A stretch of DNA of 64,000 bases, taken from positions 1-64,000 of the IMG/VR virus record IMGVR_UViG_3300009159_008629; one strand, 5' to 3'. A model generated the notes under the pieces. The model was not told where the DNA came from and made no database searches. It saw only the letters and a list, made by a program, of their open reading frames with translations. Origin of the DNA: a virus. Both the position numbers and the translations under genes were made by a program. Shown in pieces: positions 18,673 to 28,164 of this stretch. The number at the start of each line of letters is the position of its first letter. The stretch's first letter is position 1.

Positions 18673-18890
18673 AAATGCGGCATTTCATCGATGAGTTTCA
18701 TGATGTCAAGTATTCCCTCGAATTCGTCGTCATGTCCGGGAACGCTGTATTTCCCGTTCTCGTACTCTATCTTGTATTTCTTGTATGTTCCCTTGGACTC
18801 GTCTATCTGGTCTGAGACCAATGGGAATTTACTCAACAATATCTTCACTCGTCTTAATTCAGAAAAAACTTCATCCATGACGACCTCCAT
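18669..18890 (-). CDS. Hypothetical protein
   Basis: Short ORF filling the gap; start uncertain. Confidence 0.5.
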   Translation of the reverse strand: MEVVMDEVFSELRRVKILLSKFPLVSDQIDESKGTYKKYKIEYENGKYSVPGHDDEFEGILDIMKLIDEMPHF

Positions 18891-18945
18891 GATTTTTTTC
18901 GACAAGATAATATATTTTCAAGGAACGTTTTTGTAAATAGCAAAA

Positions 18946-20250
18946 TCACTCGAACTGCGACAAGTCGTATATCCTCGAACACCTCTGGTCTATCCAGACC
19001 TTGGATCCGCCGCTCGTGAGGAACCAAAACCATTTGTCCGGGGCGTTGGTCCTTATCGAGTCTCCATATCCGTCGGTTATGACGAACACCGTCGGGTGTT
19101 TTATTTTTTTAGACCGCGTTTCCGCCTCGACGAATTTCTGCAATATAGAGAACATGGTGCCGCCGCCGCCGTATATCCTCCTGGACGCGAGGGTGGTTTC
19201 GCGCACCATGGTGTCAAAGCAGAAGAGCCGTATGTTGAACTTTTTTGGGTTCAACGATCTGGCAGCCTCGAAGAACCTTTCTTTCAGGCTCCAGCAGCTT
19301 CCCGATGTGTCCATGAAGAAGAATACGTCGATCTTGTCGTCTTCCTGACCGAAGCAGTGGGTTTCCATCTCGCTTGGAAGGAAGAGGGAACTGGACATCT
19401 CCTGGCTTCTTCTGGATTTCCTAGTCCATTGTTCAGACTGGTCGTAAGTGTTTTTCATGGCGCTTATCTCCCAACGCCTTATGACGGACTCCCATTTCCT
19501 TTTTCCCTTGGATTTCCCGTTCGCCAAGGAAACCCAAGACCCTTCAAGCGTCCCAGCCTCATCGCCATACGCGAAATGTTTGTCGACGAATCTTTTTATC
19601 GACTCCTTCTCCTCTTCCGTGGACTCGCCGGATATCTTGTTCATGACCTCCTTCCAGTCGGCTTCGGAAAGGGCGGCGTGGTCATCGAGGCATCCGGAGT
19701 TAAGGTTCATCGCTATGCTTGGGTTGCCGTCGCCGAACGTCTCCTTGTACATGTTGAAATAATATTCGTAACAATCGTTTTTCGACACGTTTTTGCCGTG
19801 GAATATGGTGTCTATCCAGCAGAGCCTGTCGCCGTCTCCCGCGCTTTCGCCAGAGCAAAGGTCTATGGCTTTGGACACCGACGATTCCACTTTCGTCCTG
19901 GAGAATCCGAAATTCGTCACCAGGCTTTGGTTTATGACTATGTCCATGCATATGTTGGCTGCGATCTTTTGTTGGTTGGACGCGCTTTTGGATCTTACGC
20001 CATGGTTCAGCATGACATGGAGCATCTCGTGGCACACGACGAAAAGCTTGCCGTCCATGTCCAAATTACCCCAGAACTTACTGTTGAAGGAGAACTTGAC
20101 GAATTTCCCGACCTTGTCGAATTGTATGGCTGCCGTCTCTATGGAATCGTCAACGATCGGCTTGCCGATCGACCAAATCTTGTAGAATATCGCATGGTGC
20201 TCCTCCAGCCTTCCAGCTATTTCCATCCATTCAGATGAAGGTATGCTCAT
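18946..20250 (-). CDS. DUF2201-like metallopeptidase plus vWA domain protein
   Basis: HEMLH (HExxH) and N.CMD..IN; C-terminal MIDAS DTSGS...GGGT..ITDGY. Confidence 0.8.
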   Translation of the reverse strand: MSIPSSEWMEIAGRLEEHHAIFYKIWSIGKPIVDDSIETAAIQFDKVGKFVKFSFNSKFWGNLDMDGKLFVVCHEMLHVMLNHGVRSKSASNQQKIAANICMDIVINQSLVTNFGFSRTKVESSVSKAIDLCSGESAGDGDRLCWIDTIFHGKNVSKNDCYEYYFNMYKETFGDGNPSIAMNLNSGCLDDHAALSEADWKEVMNKISGESTEEEKESIKRFVDKHFAYGDEAGTLEGSWVSLANGKSKGKRKWESVIRRWEISAMKNTYDQSEQWTRKSRRSQEMSSSLFLPSEMETHCFGQEDDKIDVFFFMDTSGSCWSLKERFFEAARSLNPKKFNIRLFCFDTMVRETTLASRRIYGGGGTMFSILQKFVEAETRSKKIKHPTVFVITDGYGDSIRTNAPDKWFWFLTSGGSKVWIDQRCSRIYDLSQFE

Positions 20251-21311
20251 TTGTCCGATACCTTTATGAGTTCGGAAAAATGCTTCGCCGCTTCAGGGTT
20301 CTGCGTGAAAATCTTCTTTATCTTGGAGATCATCTTGATGTCGTTGCCGGCTAGCATCACGTCCCTGCAAATCTCCCGGAACGGTCTGACCTCAAGGACA
20401 TTCGATATCACGAACTTGAACACCTTGTCGTTCTGGCTCATGAGCGAGACTATCTTCTCCTTGCTCATTAGCTTGACGAACCACTCCATCAGGGTTTTGC
20501 TTTCGACTATGTATTTCGTGGCGGAAGCGAAGTTGTTCTCGTTCTGGAGCCATGTCCTTGCCTCTTCCACGTCATCGCCCTTCATTAGATTGGACAGCTT
20601 TTGCCCCGTCGGTCCTTCCTTCAGTGACTGCAACAGCTTGGAGACGCCACTCTCCATCGGCAACACGTCGCGAAGGTCGCCTTGGACAGAATGCAGGTTG
20701 AGGGCGTACTCGAGCCTTCTCGGGGACACCAAGTCCTTCGTGGCGACATCCAATTCGTTCCACCAAGATATGGCGCTGTCCGCGACTTCCAAGCCGAACT
20801 TTTTCCTGAAATAGTCCGCGTCCGGCTTGTATTCTATGTTCCTGTGGACCTCGAACCTGTCCAGCTGGGCGGGATCGAGCCTCTCGACGTCATATGAACC
20901 GATTTCGTCGTCTGGGTTTACCGCAGCCCATATCATGCGCAAGTTCGGGAATTTCTCGCCATTTATGCTCTTGAACTGGAGCAACTCCAGGACGGCGTTC
21001 CTGACCTTTTTCGGTCCACGGTTGAACTCGTCTATGAATATGGCTTCGACCTCTCCGAGAGCGAACTCCAGAGGTCTGATCATCTTGAGGTAGCTCACCT
21101 CTCGCCCATCGATCGACATTGTCGTCTCTTTCGGTATTCCCACGAAATCGACCCACGGGTCCATCGTAGCGGCGCTGAAGTATTTCCACCGGAGCTTGTT
21201 TCTCTCGAAGGCGCTCTTGACCATGGCGGTCTTTCCGACCCCGTGCTTTCCTATGAACAGAGCGTTTTGATTGGTTTTGATCCAGAAATCTAGCTTGTAA
21301 TCCAATGACAT
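20247..21311 (-). CDS. MoxR-like AAA+ ATPase
   Basis: GKHGVGKT, FIDEFNR, AAVNP and LDPAQLDRF; coupled to the vWA gene by an ATGA overlap. Confidence 0.85.
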   Translation of the reverse strand: MSLDYKLDFWIKTNQNALFIGKHGVGKTAMVKSAFERNKLRWKYFSAATMDPWVDFVGIPKETTMSIDGREVSYLKMIRPLEFALGEVEAIFIDEFNRGPKKVRNAVLELLQFKSINGEKFPNLRMIWAAVNPDDEIGSYDVERLDPAQLDRFEVHRNIEYKPDADYFRKKFGLEVADSAISWWNELDVATKDLVSPRRLEYALNLHSVQGDLRDVLPMESGVSKLLQSLKEGPTGQKLSNLMKGDDVEEARTWLQNENNFASATKYIVESKTLMEWFVKLMSKEKIVSLMSQNDKVFKFVISNVLEVRPFREICRDVMLAGNDIKMISKIKKIFTQNPEAAKHFSELIKVSDK

Positions 21312-21375
21312 AGCAGTCTCCGTGTGTTGGCGGACAATGCTACCACGAATCGTTTTTTTTTGGAATCTGATTATT

Positions 21376-22119
21376 TCATTCGAAAATCTGAAGCTGGTTC
21401 TTTTCCGAGACGAATACGCTCTCGGCGTAGGCTAGCTCGAACCAGACGTTGTATATGCCCGGGTCGTAATCGTTCGTGTCCACGAACAGATATGCGTACA
21501 TCTTTTCCCTGTAGTCCACAAGTTGCCGATCCACCACCAATCTTAAGTCTTTCTCTTGCGGGACACAATCGCCGCAAGCCTTTTCGATCGATACTCTCAA
21601 ATCTGAGACTATGGCGAGATTTTCGTAGTACGGCAGTAGATCGGCTCCTCGCGGAACGTTTGGCTGTATCTGGATCACCAGATACCTCTTTGAACCTTTA
21701 ACAATCCTGTTCGGCTTGAAGCCGAACGAGAAATCGTAAACTGGGGGAATTGGGGAAGTAAACCAGAGGTCTGGATAAAGCCTGAATGAGTTGGATATTT
21801 CGGCCGTCGAACATTCGTTGGTCTCGAACGTGACCGACCATATGTCCAGATAGTCTCCTATCGTGTACAGAGGGTCTTGAGTGGAGACGTCAACATAGTA
21901 CGATCCCGTACCCTCGGACACGACATCGTCGCCGCTGACGCTCTCAACAAACCTTCTGCCGTCTGGGTTGACCTGGGAGACCCCGTTTTGGTCGAGATGG
22001 TAGATGTCCACCTTGTCGATAGATTTCATGTTCGCCCTGTTGTTGCTGTTGTAGCTGAACAACCGCAATCTCACGGTGTCGTTACAGGTTGGGTTTTGAA
22101 GTCTTTCTTTTGTGGACAT
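21376..22119 (-). CDS. Hypothetical (probably virion structural, beta-rich) protein
   Basis: 247 aa, cotranscribed after the gp26-like gene. Confidence 0.6.
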   Translation of the reverse strand: MSTKERLQNPTCNDTVRLRLFSYNSNNRANMKSIDKVDIYHLDQNGVSQVNPDGRRFVESVSGDDVVSEGTGSYYVDVSTQDPLYTIGDYLDIWSVTFETNECSTAEISNSFRLYPDLWFTSPIPPVYDFSFGFKPNRIVKGSKRYLVIQIQPNVPRGADLLPYYENLAIVSDLRVSIEKACGDCVPQEKDLRLVVDRQLVDYREKMYAYLFVDTNDYDPGIYNVWFELAYAESVFVSEKNQLQIFE

Positions 22120-22122
22120 CTG

Positions 22123-22350
22123 TTACTTTCTCTGCTTTGATTTTCTTCTTTCGGCTTCCATCGCATCGTTCTCTTTCTGCTTTTGATCGATGAACCTGTT
22201 GACGAGCCATTTTCTGGCGTGCGTCGGCATGCTAAGAGTGTCATGCATACTCTGGTGGAGGTGATACATGAAAAAAAATATTTCTTCAAGGAGGTTAGTT
22301 TGAAGCTCTAAGCTTGGGGATTCTTTTCCCTCTTCCTCCGGGGGAAGAAA
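22123..22350 (-). CDS. Frameshift extension of the tail/baseplate chaperone (gp51-like or 'GT' portion)
   Basis: LLEEIFFFMYH...MPTHARKWLVNRFIDQKQKEN; no convincing start of its own; lies in the -1 frame of the upstream gene. Confidence 0.65.
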   Translation of the reverse strand, partial: FLPPEEEGKESPSLELQTNLLEEIFFFMYHLHQSMHDTLSMPTHARKWLVNRFIDQKQKENDAMEAERRKSKQRK

Positions 22351-23342
22351 AAATTTGTTTCTAGCGGCAGATCTATAGAGAATTCGGCGGAGCAAGAAGG
22401 ACAGTTGATCTCGATCTTGGTGTCGACGCCGAATGGAGGCTCGTTGATCACGCCCCGAATGTAGGAAACGTCGTTGATCGGCAGGTTCTTGAGAAGGATT
22501 TGCAGTTCGGTCTTGTCGTTGATCCCATCGATCTCTTCTAGAAGTTGCGCCGTCCTGTATGTCAGAGTGTCGTCCGTGGCGCTGTCGCCGAACATCTTCA
22601 TGCGACGCTCTCTGTAGTCGTTGATTTCTTGCTCATCCTTGCCTGTCGACAACCTGTAGCGGAATCTCAATTTGGTGTTCGGGAGTACGTCCTCCATGAT
22701 CGGACCGTATTCCATCGGGCAGGTCTCGACGTAAAGGCTGCTTAGATCCACGTTGGTGCTGAATTTGGAACTGCATTCGGAACACTTGACTTCCACGTCG
22801 TAACTTGAGGAATAGGAAATGCCTCGGAGGTACAGCAATAGATATGTTCTGTCCACGGTAAGGAGGTTCTCGACCTTGAAGTTCTCCTTGATGCATTTCT
22901 GGAAGATCATGTTGATCGCCTGACCCTTGCGGACGAACCGCGGGGTCGCAAGGATTTGCTCCTCTTCGCCGGTCATAGGTCTCAGGCTCACTATGCCGTT
23001 GGACGGACCGTTCGTGCCATCGTAGAACCTTCCCTTGGAAGGCAATTGCACTTCCTCGTATTGGGAACTGTTTCCCTTGAGTGTCTCAAGCAGTTCCTTG
23101 AGATGCCCGGACGAGTTTTGGCTCACTGGTTGCGGAGAAGTTCTTGGGTTCACCGGCGCGTTGGTGTTTTGCTCGCGGTTCATCGATGAAAAACTGTTGT
23201 TTGGCTTTTGGAGCGTAGATTCGGGTGGCGCGGATTCCTTCTGCTGTTGCAAAGCTTTGGCGAACTCGGGAGGTATGTTGCCCTGTATGGAAAGTTCTGG
23301 GGCGCCTTCTGGCTTCTGCGGTCTGAAAGTCTCGTCTGTCAT
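22308..23342 (-). CDS. T4 gp26-like baseplate hub / tail assembly chaperone
   Basis: LPSKG.FY, RPMT..EE.IL, DR.YLLLYLR, two CxxC motifs and LPLETNFF. Confidence 0.7.
   Translation of the reverse strand: MTDETFRPQKPEGAPELSIQGNIPPEFAKALQQQKESAPPESTLQKPNNSFSSMNREQNTNAPVNPRTSPQPVSQNSSGHLKELLETLKGNSSQYEEVQLPSKGRFYDGTNGPSNGIVSLRPMTGEEEQILATPRFVRKGQAINMIFQKCIKENFKVENLLTVDRTYLLLYLRGISYSSSYDVEVKCSECSSKFSTNVDLSSLYVETCPMEYGPIMEDVLPNTKLRFRYRLSTGKDEQEINDYRERRMKMFGDSATDDTLTYRTAQLLEEIDGINDKTELQILLKNLPINDVSYIRGVINEPPFGVDTKIEINCPSCSAEFSIDLPLETNFFFPRRKREKNPQA
22347..22356 (-). other. Candidate -1 ribosomal frameshift site (A AAT TTT TTC)
   Basis: Two overlapping X XXY YYZ heptamers in the frame of the gp26-like gene; the -1 frame is open to 22123. 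Confidence 0.65.
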
Positions 23343-23359
23343 TTTTATCTCCTAATGGG

Positions 23360-23388
23360 TTGCTTAAAAAAGCCTTTTGTTTTAGAAT
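23360..23388 (+). promoter_or_regulatory. Sigma70-like promoter, probably leaderless transcript
   Basis: TTGCTT-17nt-TAGAAT, 7 nt before ATG 23396. Confidence 0.55.
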
Positions 23389-23395
23389 AGTATCA

Positions 23396-23758
23396 ATGGA
23401 GATAAATCTGAGAAATATTGAGGAAATTATTTTCAGTAACCCCGATGTTTGGAAGCACATGCCAAACATGTCACACTACCGCGACGAGTGGATGGTGGCG
23501 CAGAGGGTTCCCGGGATGCGCGGGCTCGGCAAGAGATCGGTTCTGGGCTTCCTTTCGAAGGCTGGCGCGGAACAGATAGAAGCTATGGAATCCCATTTCG
23601 GCGAGCCGGTCGTCATAAACAAGATAGATCCAAGTGTACACGGGAATCTCGAATGCGATATCGCGGATCTCGAGGGCAGGATCTGCGAGTTCGGGGATTT
23701 CGGCGAAGTCTGCATCAGCAGGAACAAGGAAACCGTAAAATTGTCTTTCTGGAGGTAG
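23396..23758 (+). CDS. Hypothetical protein
   Basis: First gene of a tightly packed + strand operon. Confidence 0.65.
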   Translation: MEINLRNIEEIIFSNPDVWKHMPNMSHYRDEWMVAQRVPGMRGLGKRSVLGFLSKAGAEQIEAMESHFGEPVVINKIDPSVHGNLECDIADLEGRICEFGDFGEVCISRNKETVKLSFWR

Positions 23759-23760
23759 TT

Positions 23761-24099
23761 ATGGAAGATTTTTGTCTGTTTTTATTGGCGACCATAGGCA
23801 TGTCCCACATCATAGTCGATGGTTCCATCATGGAGCCTTTCAGGAATCTCGTGAAGTACGTTTCCGAGAAAATCAAGATGCCGAAGGTCGGGGAGTTGGT
23901 CGAATGCTATCTGTGCTCCGGAACCTGGTGCGGATTCCTGATGGGCTATATATTCTTCGTGAATCGAAGGGAGGAGCTCGACCTTAGGTGTTTCATGGTC
24001 GTCTTCGCCTGCGGGTGCGCCGGCGGCTTCGTTTCCAACTTGGCTGCCATGGTCCTCAACTGGATTGAGGCTGCGACCATAGTTAACATGCCGGAATAA
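23761..24099 (+). CDS. DUF1360-like membrane protein
   Basis: GGAGG RBS; GELVECYLCSGTWCG motif with hydrophobic helices. Confidence 0.55.
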   Translation: MEDFCLFLLATIGMSHIIVDGSIMEPFRNLVKYVSEKIKMPKVGELVECYLCSGTWCGFLMGYIFFVNRREELDLRCFMVVFACGCAGGFVSNLAAMVLNWIEAATIVNMPE

Positions 24100-24101
24100 C
24101 G

Positions 24102-24359
24102 ATGAAAAACTACAAGTACCTGATATATTGCCAGATATGCCACTACAAGAGACTCGTCACGGACGATGACATCAAGGACTTGTCCATATCCAAGAGCAGC
24201 GACATACAGGCGGGCATACCGAAACAAGATCCCTTGACGAAAAAGACCGAGATACCAAAGAACAAATTGGGTAAAAGCAAGGTCAAGTGCCCAAATTGCG
24301 GCAGGGTCATATTCATCGGAAAGTACAAGGACACAAATGAGACCAATAACCCTTCTTGA
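24102..24359 (+). CDS. Zinc-ribbon protein
   Basis: CQICH ... CPNCG. Confidence 0.65.
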   Translation: MKNYKYLIYCQICHYKRLVTDDDIKDLSISKSSDIQAGIPKQDPLTKKTEIPKNKLGKSKVKCPNCGRVIFIGKYKDTNETNNPS

Positions 24360-24714
24360 AATAAAACAGGCTCTCAGGGACGCCAGGTTCAGGGAGTCCA
24401 TCCCGGCGAACCTCACCGAGGATTTGCAGAAGTACCTGAAGAACCCATCCTGCGCGTGCAACACGCCCTTCTACAAGAAGATACTTAAAGAGTGCAAGGA
24501 CCAGATCCTAGCTTACTTCCCGGGAAGGGAGGTCGGCGAAATCGAGAACGAGATAAGGAAGATAGCCGAGAACAACTGGTCGGTAATAAACTGTTCCGTT
24601 GGCGATCTCGAGTCCAAGCTGAGGAAGCTTGGACCGGGAAGAAAACAGATAGCCATTTCGAGATACGAAGATCAAGTCACCCTAGTGGTCAACGAGCTCG
24701 ATGTCATCTATTAG
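24337..24714 (+). CDS. Hypothetical protein
   Basis: 125 aa with NPSCAC; overlaps the previous gene. Confidence 0.65.
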   Translation: MRPITLLEIKQALRDARFRESIPANLTEDLQKYLKNPSCACNTPFYKKILKECKDQILAYFPGREVGEIENEIRKIAENNWSVINCSVGDLESKLRKLGPGRKQIAISRYEDQVTLVVNELDVIY

Positions 24715-25654
24715 CGATGTAAAGCTTTGACTTTCCCTTGATGTCCGCGCAGTTTTTCATCATGCTCTCTGGATGCTTTTTGTATTTGTCTATTTGGAAC
24801 GGCCAATCATCGTTCTTGAGTCGTCTAGAGCCTAGGATCATGGCGTTCTCGTAGAAAGAGTAAGCCTTGTCGTATATGTCGAGGGAATGGTATATGTCGC
24901 CGAGAAGGCACCAGAATTCAGCCATGAGCGGCTTCGTGGCTATGCACTCGAACACGTTCTTCGAGGCTTGGTGGTAATCCTTGTTGACATAGCAGTAGAC
25001 CATCCCAAGATAATATTTCGTCATCACGTACGGCATCGATCCGGGCTTCCCCTTGAACAGGTAGTGGTTCGCGCAGCCGATGAACTCCCTGTACTTCCGC
25101 TGCGACAGGTAGACGCAGCTCTTGTAGTATTGCGGCTCGAGAGCCAACGGAGACCTTTCCTGCCACCTTCTGATTATCTCCATGTTTTCCTCTCCGCGGT
25201 CGACCATTGAGGCTTTGACATATATATCCGAATAGCCGGCTTCACAAGAAAGGTGTTCGAAAGTAGGGTTGTTGAACCTCGTTCCGCCTGAAGGTCTCCA
25301 GATTCTTATAGGCTTGGTCACGACTTGCTCCTGGACGACCGATATCCTGGACGGACTAGTTATGTCGGGCACGCTTTCGGCTCCCTTCACTATGGATTCG
25401 TTTGCGTCCAAAATGAGTGCGAATTCCGTGCGCACGGAATCAGCAAGCTTGTTCTTGCATTCCGAATAGTTGTGGCGGAAATCCAGCCTCAACACCTCGT
25501 CAGCGTAAGCTTTGGCTATGTCTGCGGTTCTGTCGGAACTGCCGATGTCGCCAACGATGATGGTGGCGTCGATCCCGACCAGCGACTTGAGGCACGACTC
25601 GATGGTCGACTCACTGTTTCTCGCCGCCACTAGTATTGTCATTTTTTTCATCAA
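24704..25654 (-). CDS. GT2 glycosyltransferase with C-terminal TPR repeats
   Basis: ARNSE..I..CL.S, DIGSSDRT, LDANE and FEHL; TPR-like AEFWCLLGDIY. Confidence 0.75.
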   Translation of the reverse strand: MMKKMTILVAARNSESTIESCLKSLVGIDATIIVGDIGSSDRTADIAKAYADEVLRLDFRHNYSECKNKLADSVRTEFALILDANESIVKGAESVPDITSPSRISVVQEQVVTKPIRIWRPSGGTRFNNPTFEHLSCEAGYSDIYVKASMVDRGEENMEIIRRWQERSPLALEPQYYKSCVYLSQRKYREFIGCANHYLFKGKPGSMPYVMTKYYLGMVYCYVNKDYHQASKNVFECIATKPLMAEFWCLLGDIYHSLDIYDKAYSFYENAMILGSRRLKNDDWPFQIDKYKKHPESMMKNCADIKGKSKLYIANR

Positions 25655-25796
25655 ATTTTTTGCTTATGAGAAAAGACAAGGCTTTAGCCTCATTGTCCAT
25701 TCCGGAACGATTATAATACTCTTGTAGTTCCTTGTAGAACCTCGGAGTGAAAGGGTTATCTATGATCCCTGCGAAAATTTCAGAAAGACTCAACAT
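25611..25796 (-). CDS. Small hypothetical protein
   Basis: 61-aa ORF from ATG 25796, overlapping the start of the GT2-TPR gene. Confidence 0.4.
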   Translation of the reverse strand: MLSLSEIFAGIIDNPFTPRFYKELQEYYNRSGMDNEAKALSFLISKKFDEKNDNTSGGEKQ

Positions 25797-26673
25797 GAAC
25801 AAAACAGCCCCTTCGCGCAACAGCCTTCAGGCATTCAAGCCTTGGGAGGGAGAATACAAGACCAAGCCATGGCACAGAAAAGTAACCGTGGTGATACCAG
25901 TGATCGACACCTTCGAACAATTAAGTATATGCGTCGAGCTGCTTAGGTGTCAATCCGTCAAGCCATACATAGTCGTCATCGACACCGGCAGCGACGATGA
26001 AAACCTCGAGAGGATATGCGGTCTCAGGGACGAAGACATAGAGGTTCATTCCTTGAGGCTGAACGCGGTCAAGCACCCAAGCGATTTCCCCGCCATCGCC
26101 ATGGATCTTGGGTTCTCCCTGTGCAGAACCGAATACCTTTTCGCCACCCACACGGATGTTTTCGCGAAGAGGATCGACCTCCTGGAGCATTTCCTTGGAT
26201 TGTGCGAAAAGGAGTCGCCGGTTGTCGGATACCAGATTTCACCCAGAGCCCACGATGACTGGGTTGGCATGGTGTCACATACCGCCACGATGTACCACAT
26301 GCCGACGATGGACAAGGTCGGTTTCGGGTGGAGCCTCAGAAGGCTATGCAACACCTTCGGCATCGCGGACCACAGACCGAACCCGATGAGACCATGCTGG
26401 CCAGACACCGAATTGTTGGGCAATTACATACTGAGGCAGAATGACATAAAGCCTCATTTGATTGGAAAGGAGGAGAACTTCAAGATGACAAGAGATGACA
26501 ATATTGATCATTTTAGGAGTTTTACTTCTGGAAAATTGTATAGCCATTCCTACTTTAGTGTAGCCAATGAGTGGTACGAACAAGCCAGGAAAGAAGCTCT
26601 TGATCGAATAGAAGAATGGAAAGCAGTCGGTGACCAGTATACGACCGTGAAAAACAAGGAGCTTAATGGCTAA
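25795..26673 (+). CDS. GT2 family glycosyltransferase
   Basis: VTVVIP, VIDTGS and TEYLFATHTD. Confidence 0.7.
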   Translation: MNKTAPSRNSLQAFKPWEGEYKTKPWHRKVTVVIPVIDTFEQLSICVELLRCQSVKPYIVVIDTGSDDENLERICGLRDEDIEVHSLRLNAVKHPSDFPAIAMDLGFSLCRTEYLFATHTDVFAKRIDLLEHFLGLCEKESPVVGYQISPRAHDDWVGMVSHTATMYHMPTMDKVGFGWSLRRLCNTFGIADHRPNPMRPCWPDTELLGNYILRQNDIKPHLIGKEENFKMTRDDNIDHFRSFTSGKLYSHSYFSVANEWYEQARKEALDRIEEWKAVGDQYTTVKNKELNG

Positions 26674-27208
26674 TGAGTATCTCAACAACAAAAACTTCGA
26701 GGCTTTAATCTCCAAGTTCATAAGAATCAAAAAAAGTAAAGTCAAGTACGAGACGCTTTTGGAGGAAATCAACGAAACCCAGTTGAGGTTGTCCGTGCGC
26801 AAAAAGCACGAGAAGCCGGAATGCTGGGAAGAGGTTGAGCGCGAGTTCAAAAGCTACCTGTCGCAGTACCAGGACCTCCAGAAAGACCTCACGATAGCAT
26901 TTTACCTGCTTTCCGAGAACATAGTCAGATACAGGAAATTCAACCTTATAGACCCAGATGACGCCATACAAGAGGGCGTCCTCATATGTTTCGAGAAAGT
27001 TGACAGGTTCGACCCTAGCAAGGGCAAGGCGTTCAACTACATGACGACCTGCATCATAAACCACTTCAGGCAGCTCTACAGGACCGCGAGGAACTACAAC
27101 GAACTCAAGAGGAAGTACCACGAACACTTGAGCGTCACCATAGAACAAGTCGGAAACTCAAGCAGGGGAAGGTCGACAAACAAGAACAATCAGAGCAATG
27201 ACAGATGA
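26666..27208 (+). CDS. Phage late-transcription sigma factor (T4 gp55-like)
   Basis: YLNNKNF N-terminus and sigma region 2 DDAIQEGVLICFEKVDRFDPSKGKAFNYMTT; no region 4. Confidence 0.8.
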   Translation: MANEYLNNKNFEALISKFIRIKKSKVKYETLLEEINETQLRLSVRKKHEKPECWEEVEREFKSYLSQYQDLQKDLTIAFYLLSENIVRYRKFNLIDPDDAIQEGVLICFEKVDRFDPSKGKAFNYMTTCIINHFRQLYRTARNYNELKRKYHEHLSVTIEQVGNSSRGRSTNKNNQSNDR

Positions 27209-27224
27209 ATTTTCGTCCAATGAG

Positions 27225-27253
27225 TTGAAAGTTTCGTTCTCGAATTTTATACT
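27225..27253 (+). promoter_or_regulatory. Sigma70-like promoter
   Basis: TTGAAA-17nt-TATACT. Confidence 0.55.
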
Positions 27254-27297
27254 TATATCAGTGGATGTTGTATGCCACTGTATATCAAGGTTAAAAT

Positions 27298-27555
27298 ATG
27301 AGCAATGTTATTGATCAGATCGAAAAGCAAGAGTTAATCCAGAAACTTATAGACAAGGGCTACGCGCCCCTTATAGACGCCCTTCTCGGCAACGAGAAGG
27401 ATGTTTACACCAAAAAGGGCAGGCTCAACAAGAGCGGCGCGTGCAGGGTGCTTGGATGGAAGCCAAAAGACCTAGAGCAGGCTCTGGAATCGTGCAAGGA
27501 AATACTGAAGAACGATCTTTTCTTTTCGAATCCGAAAGACGAAAAAGACGAATAG
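27298..27555 (+). CDS. Small HTH-like protein
   Basis: LNKSGACRVLGWKPKDLE resembles a helix-turn-helix. Confidence 0.55.
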   Translation: MSNVIDQIEKQELIQKLIDKGYAPLIDALLGNEKDVYTKKGRLNKSGACRVLGWKPKDLEQALESCKEILKNDLFFSNPKDEKDE

Positions 27556-27571
27556 GAGCGGCTGGAGCGAA

Positions 27572-28081
27572 TTATATCTTCTTGTATGCCCTGTCGTATT
27601 TTAGGCTTAGGTCTATCATGCACACGTCGGAAGACGTGTAGTCGAGGTCGCCGAAATCTGCACTCTCTATGTATATGTTCTCCAGAACCCATTTCTCTAT
27701 GACCTCCCCGCAGCCATCGTACAGCTCCAGGGTGGCTTCTTTCTTGAAACCGTTGGTGGCGACCTTGTATGTCGCCGAACTTTGCGTGACCTCGTAAATC
27801 TTGCTTATCCATTCTATGACCGGGTTCTTGCTCTTCTTGAGGTCGAACAGGGTCAAGCTGATGGGCTTCCACTCCGGCTTCGAAGGGAAGTTTATAGTCT
27901 CGCTCATGTGCTGCGCTTCCATGCTCTTGAACGATAGGCTTGGTCTGCCAGCCTTTGAAGGGGGAAGCGTGTCAACCCCGGTAGCCGAAACCTCGGGTAT
28001 CTTCAGAAGCCACCGATACTTCCTTTTGAAGCATGCCGACTTACTTTCTAGTCCGAAGTCGAAAGACATTCTCTGTCCCAC
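27572..28081 (-). CDS. Tail tube-like protein (gp19 family paralog)
   Basis: KRKYRW, RPSL, W.PI..T.FD, YDGCG...E.W.L, FGDLDY.SS and L.YD. Confidence 0.8.
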   Translation of the reverse strand: MGQRMSFDFGLESKSACFKRKYRWLLKIPEVSATGVDTLPPSKAGRPSLSFKSMEAQHMSETINFPSKPEWKPISLTLFDLKKSKNPVIEWISKIYEVTQSSATYKVATNGFKKEATLELYDGCGEVIEKWVLENIYIESADFGDLDYTSSDVCMIDLSLKYDRAYKKI

Positions 28082-28097
28082 TTTTCACCTCTTATGC

Positions 28098-28141
28098 AAG
28101 AAAAGCCACAACCCAAATGAGCTGTGGCTTCTTTTTTTTTT
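28098..28141. terminator. Intrinsic terminator between the two tail tube genes
   Basis: AAGCCACAAC...GCTGTGGCTT stem flanked by A and T runs. Confidence 0.6.
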
Positions 28142-28164
28142 GAAAGGAAAATCTAAATCTAGCT

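Noticed and set aside
19096-20238. Long antisense ORFs (also 38174-39073, 4377-5255, 5566-6429, 29435-30217)
   Set aside because: They mirror real genes on the other strand and lack an RBS or recognisable motifs.
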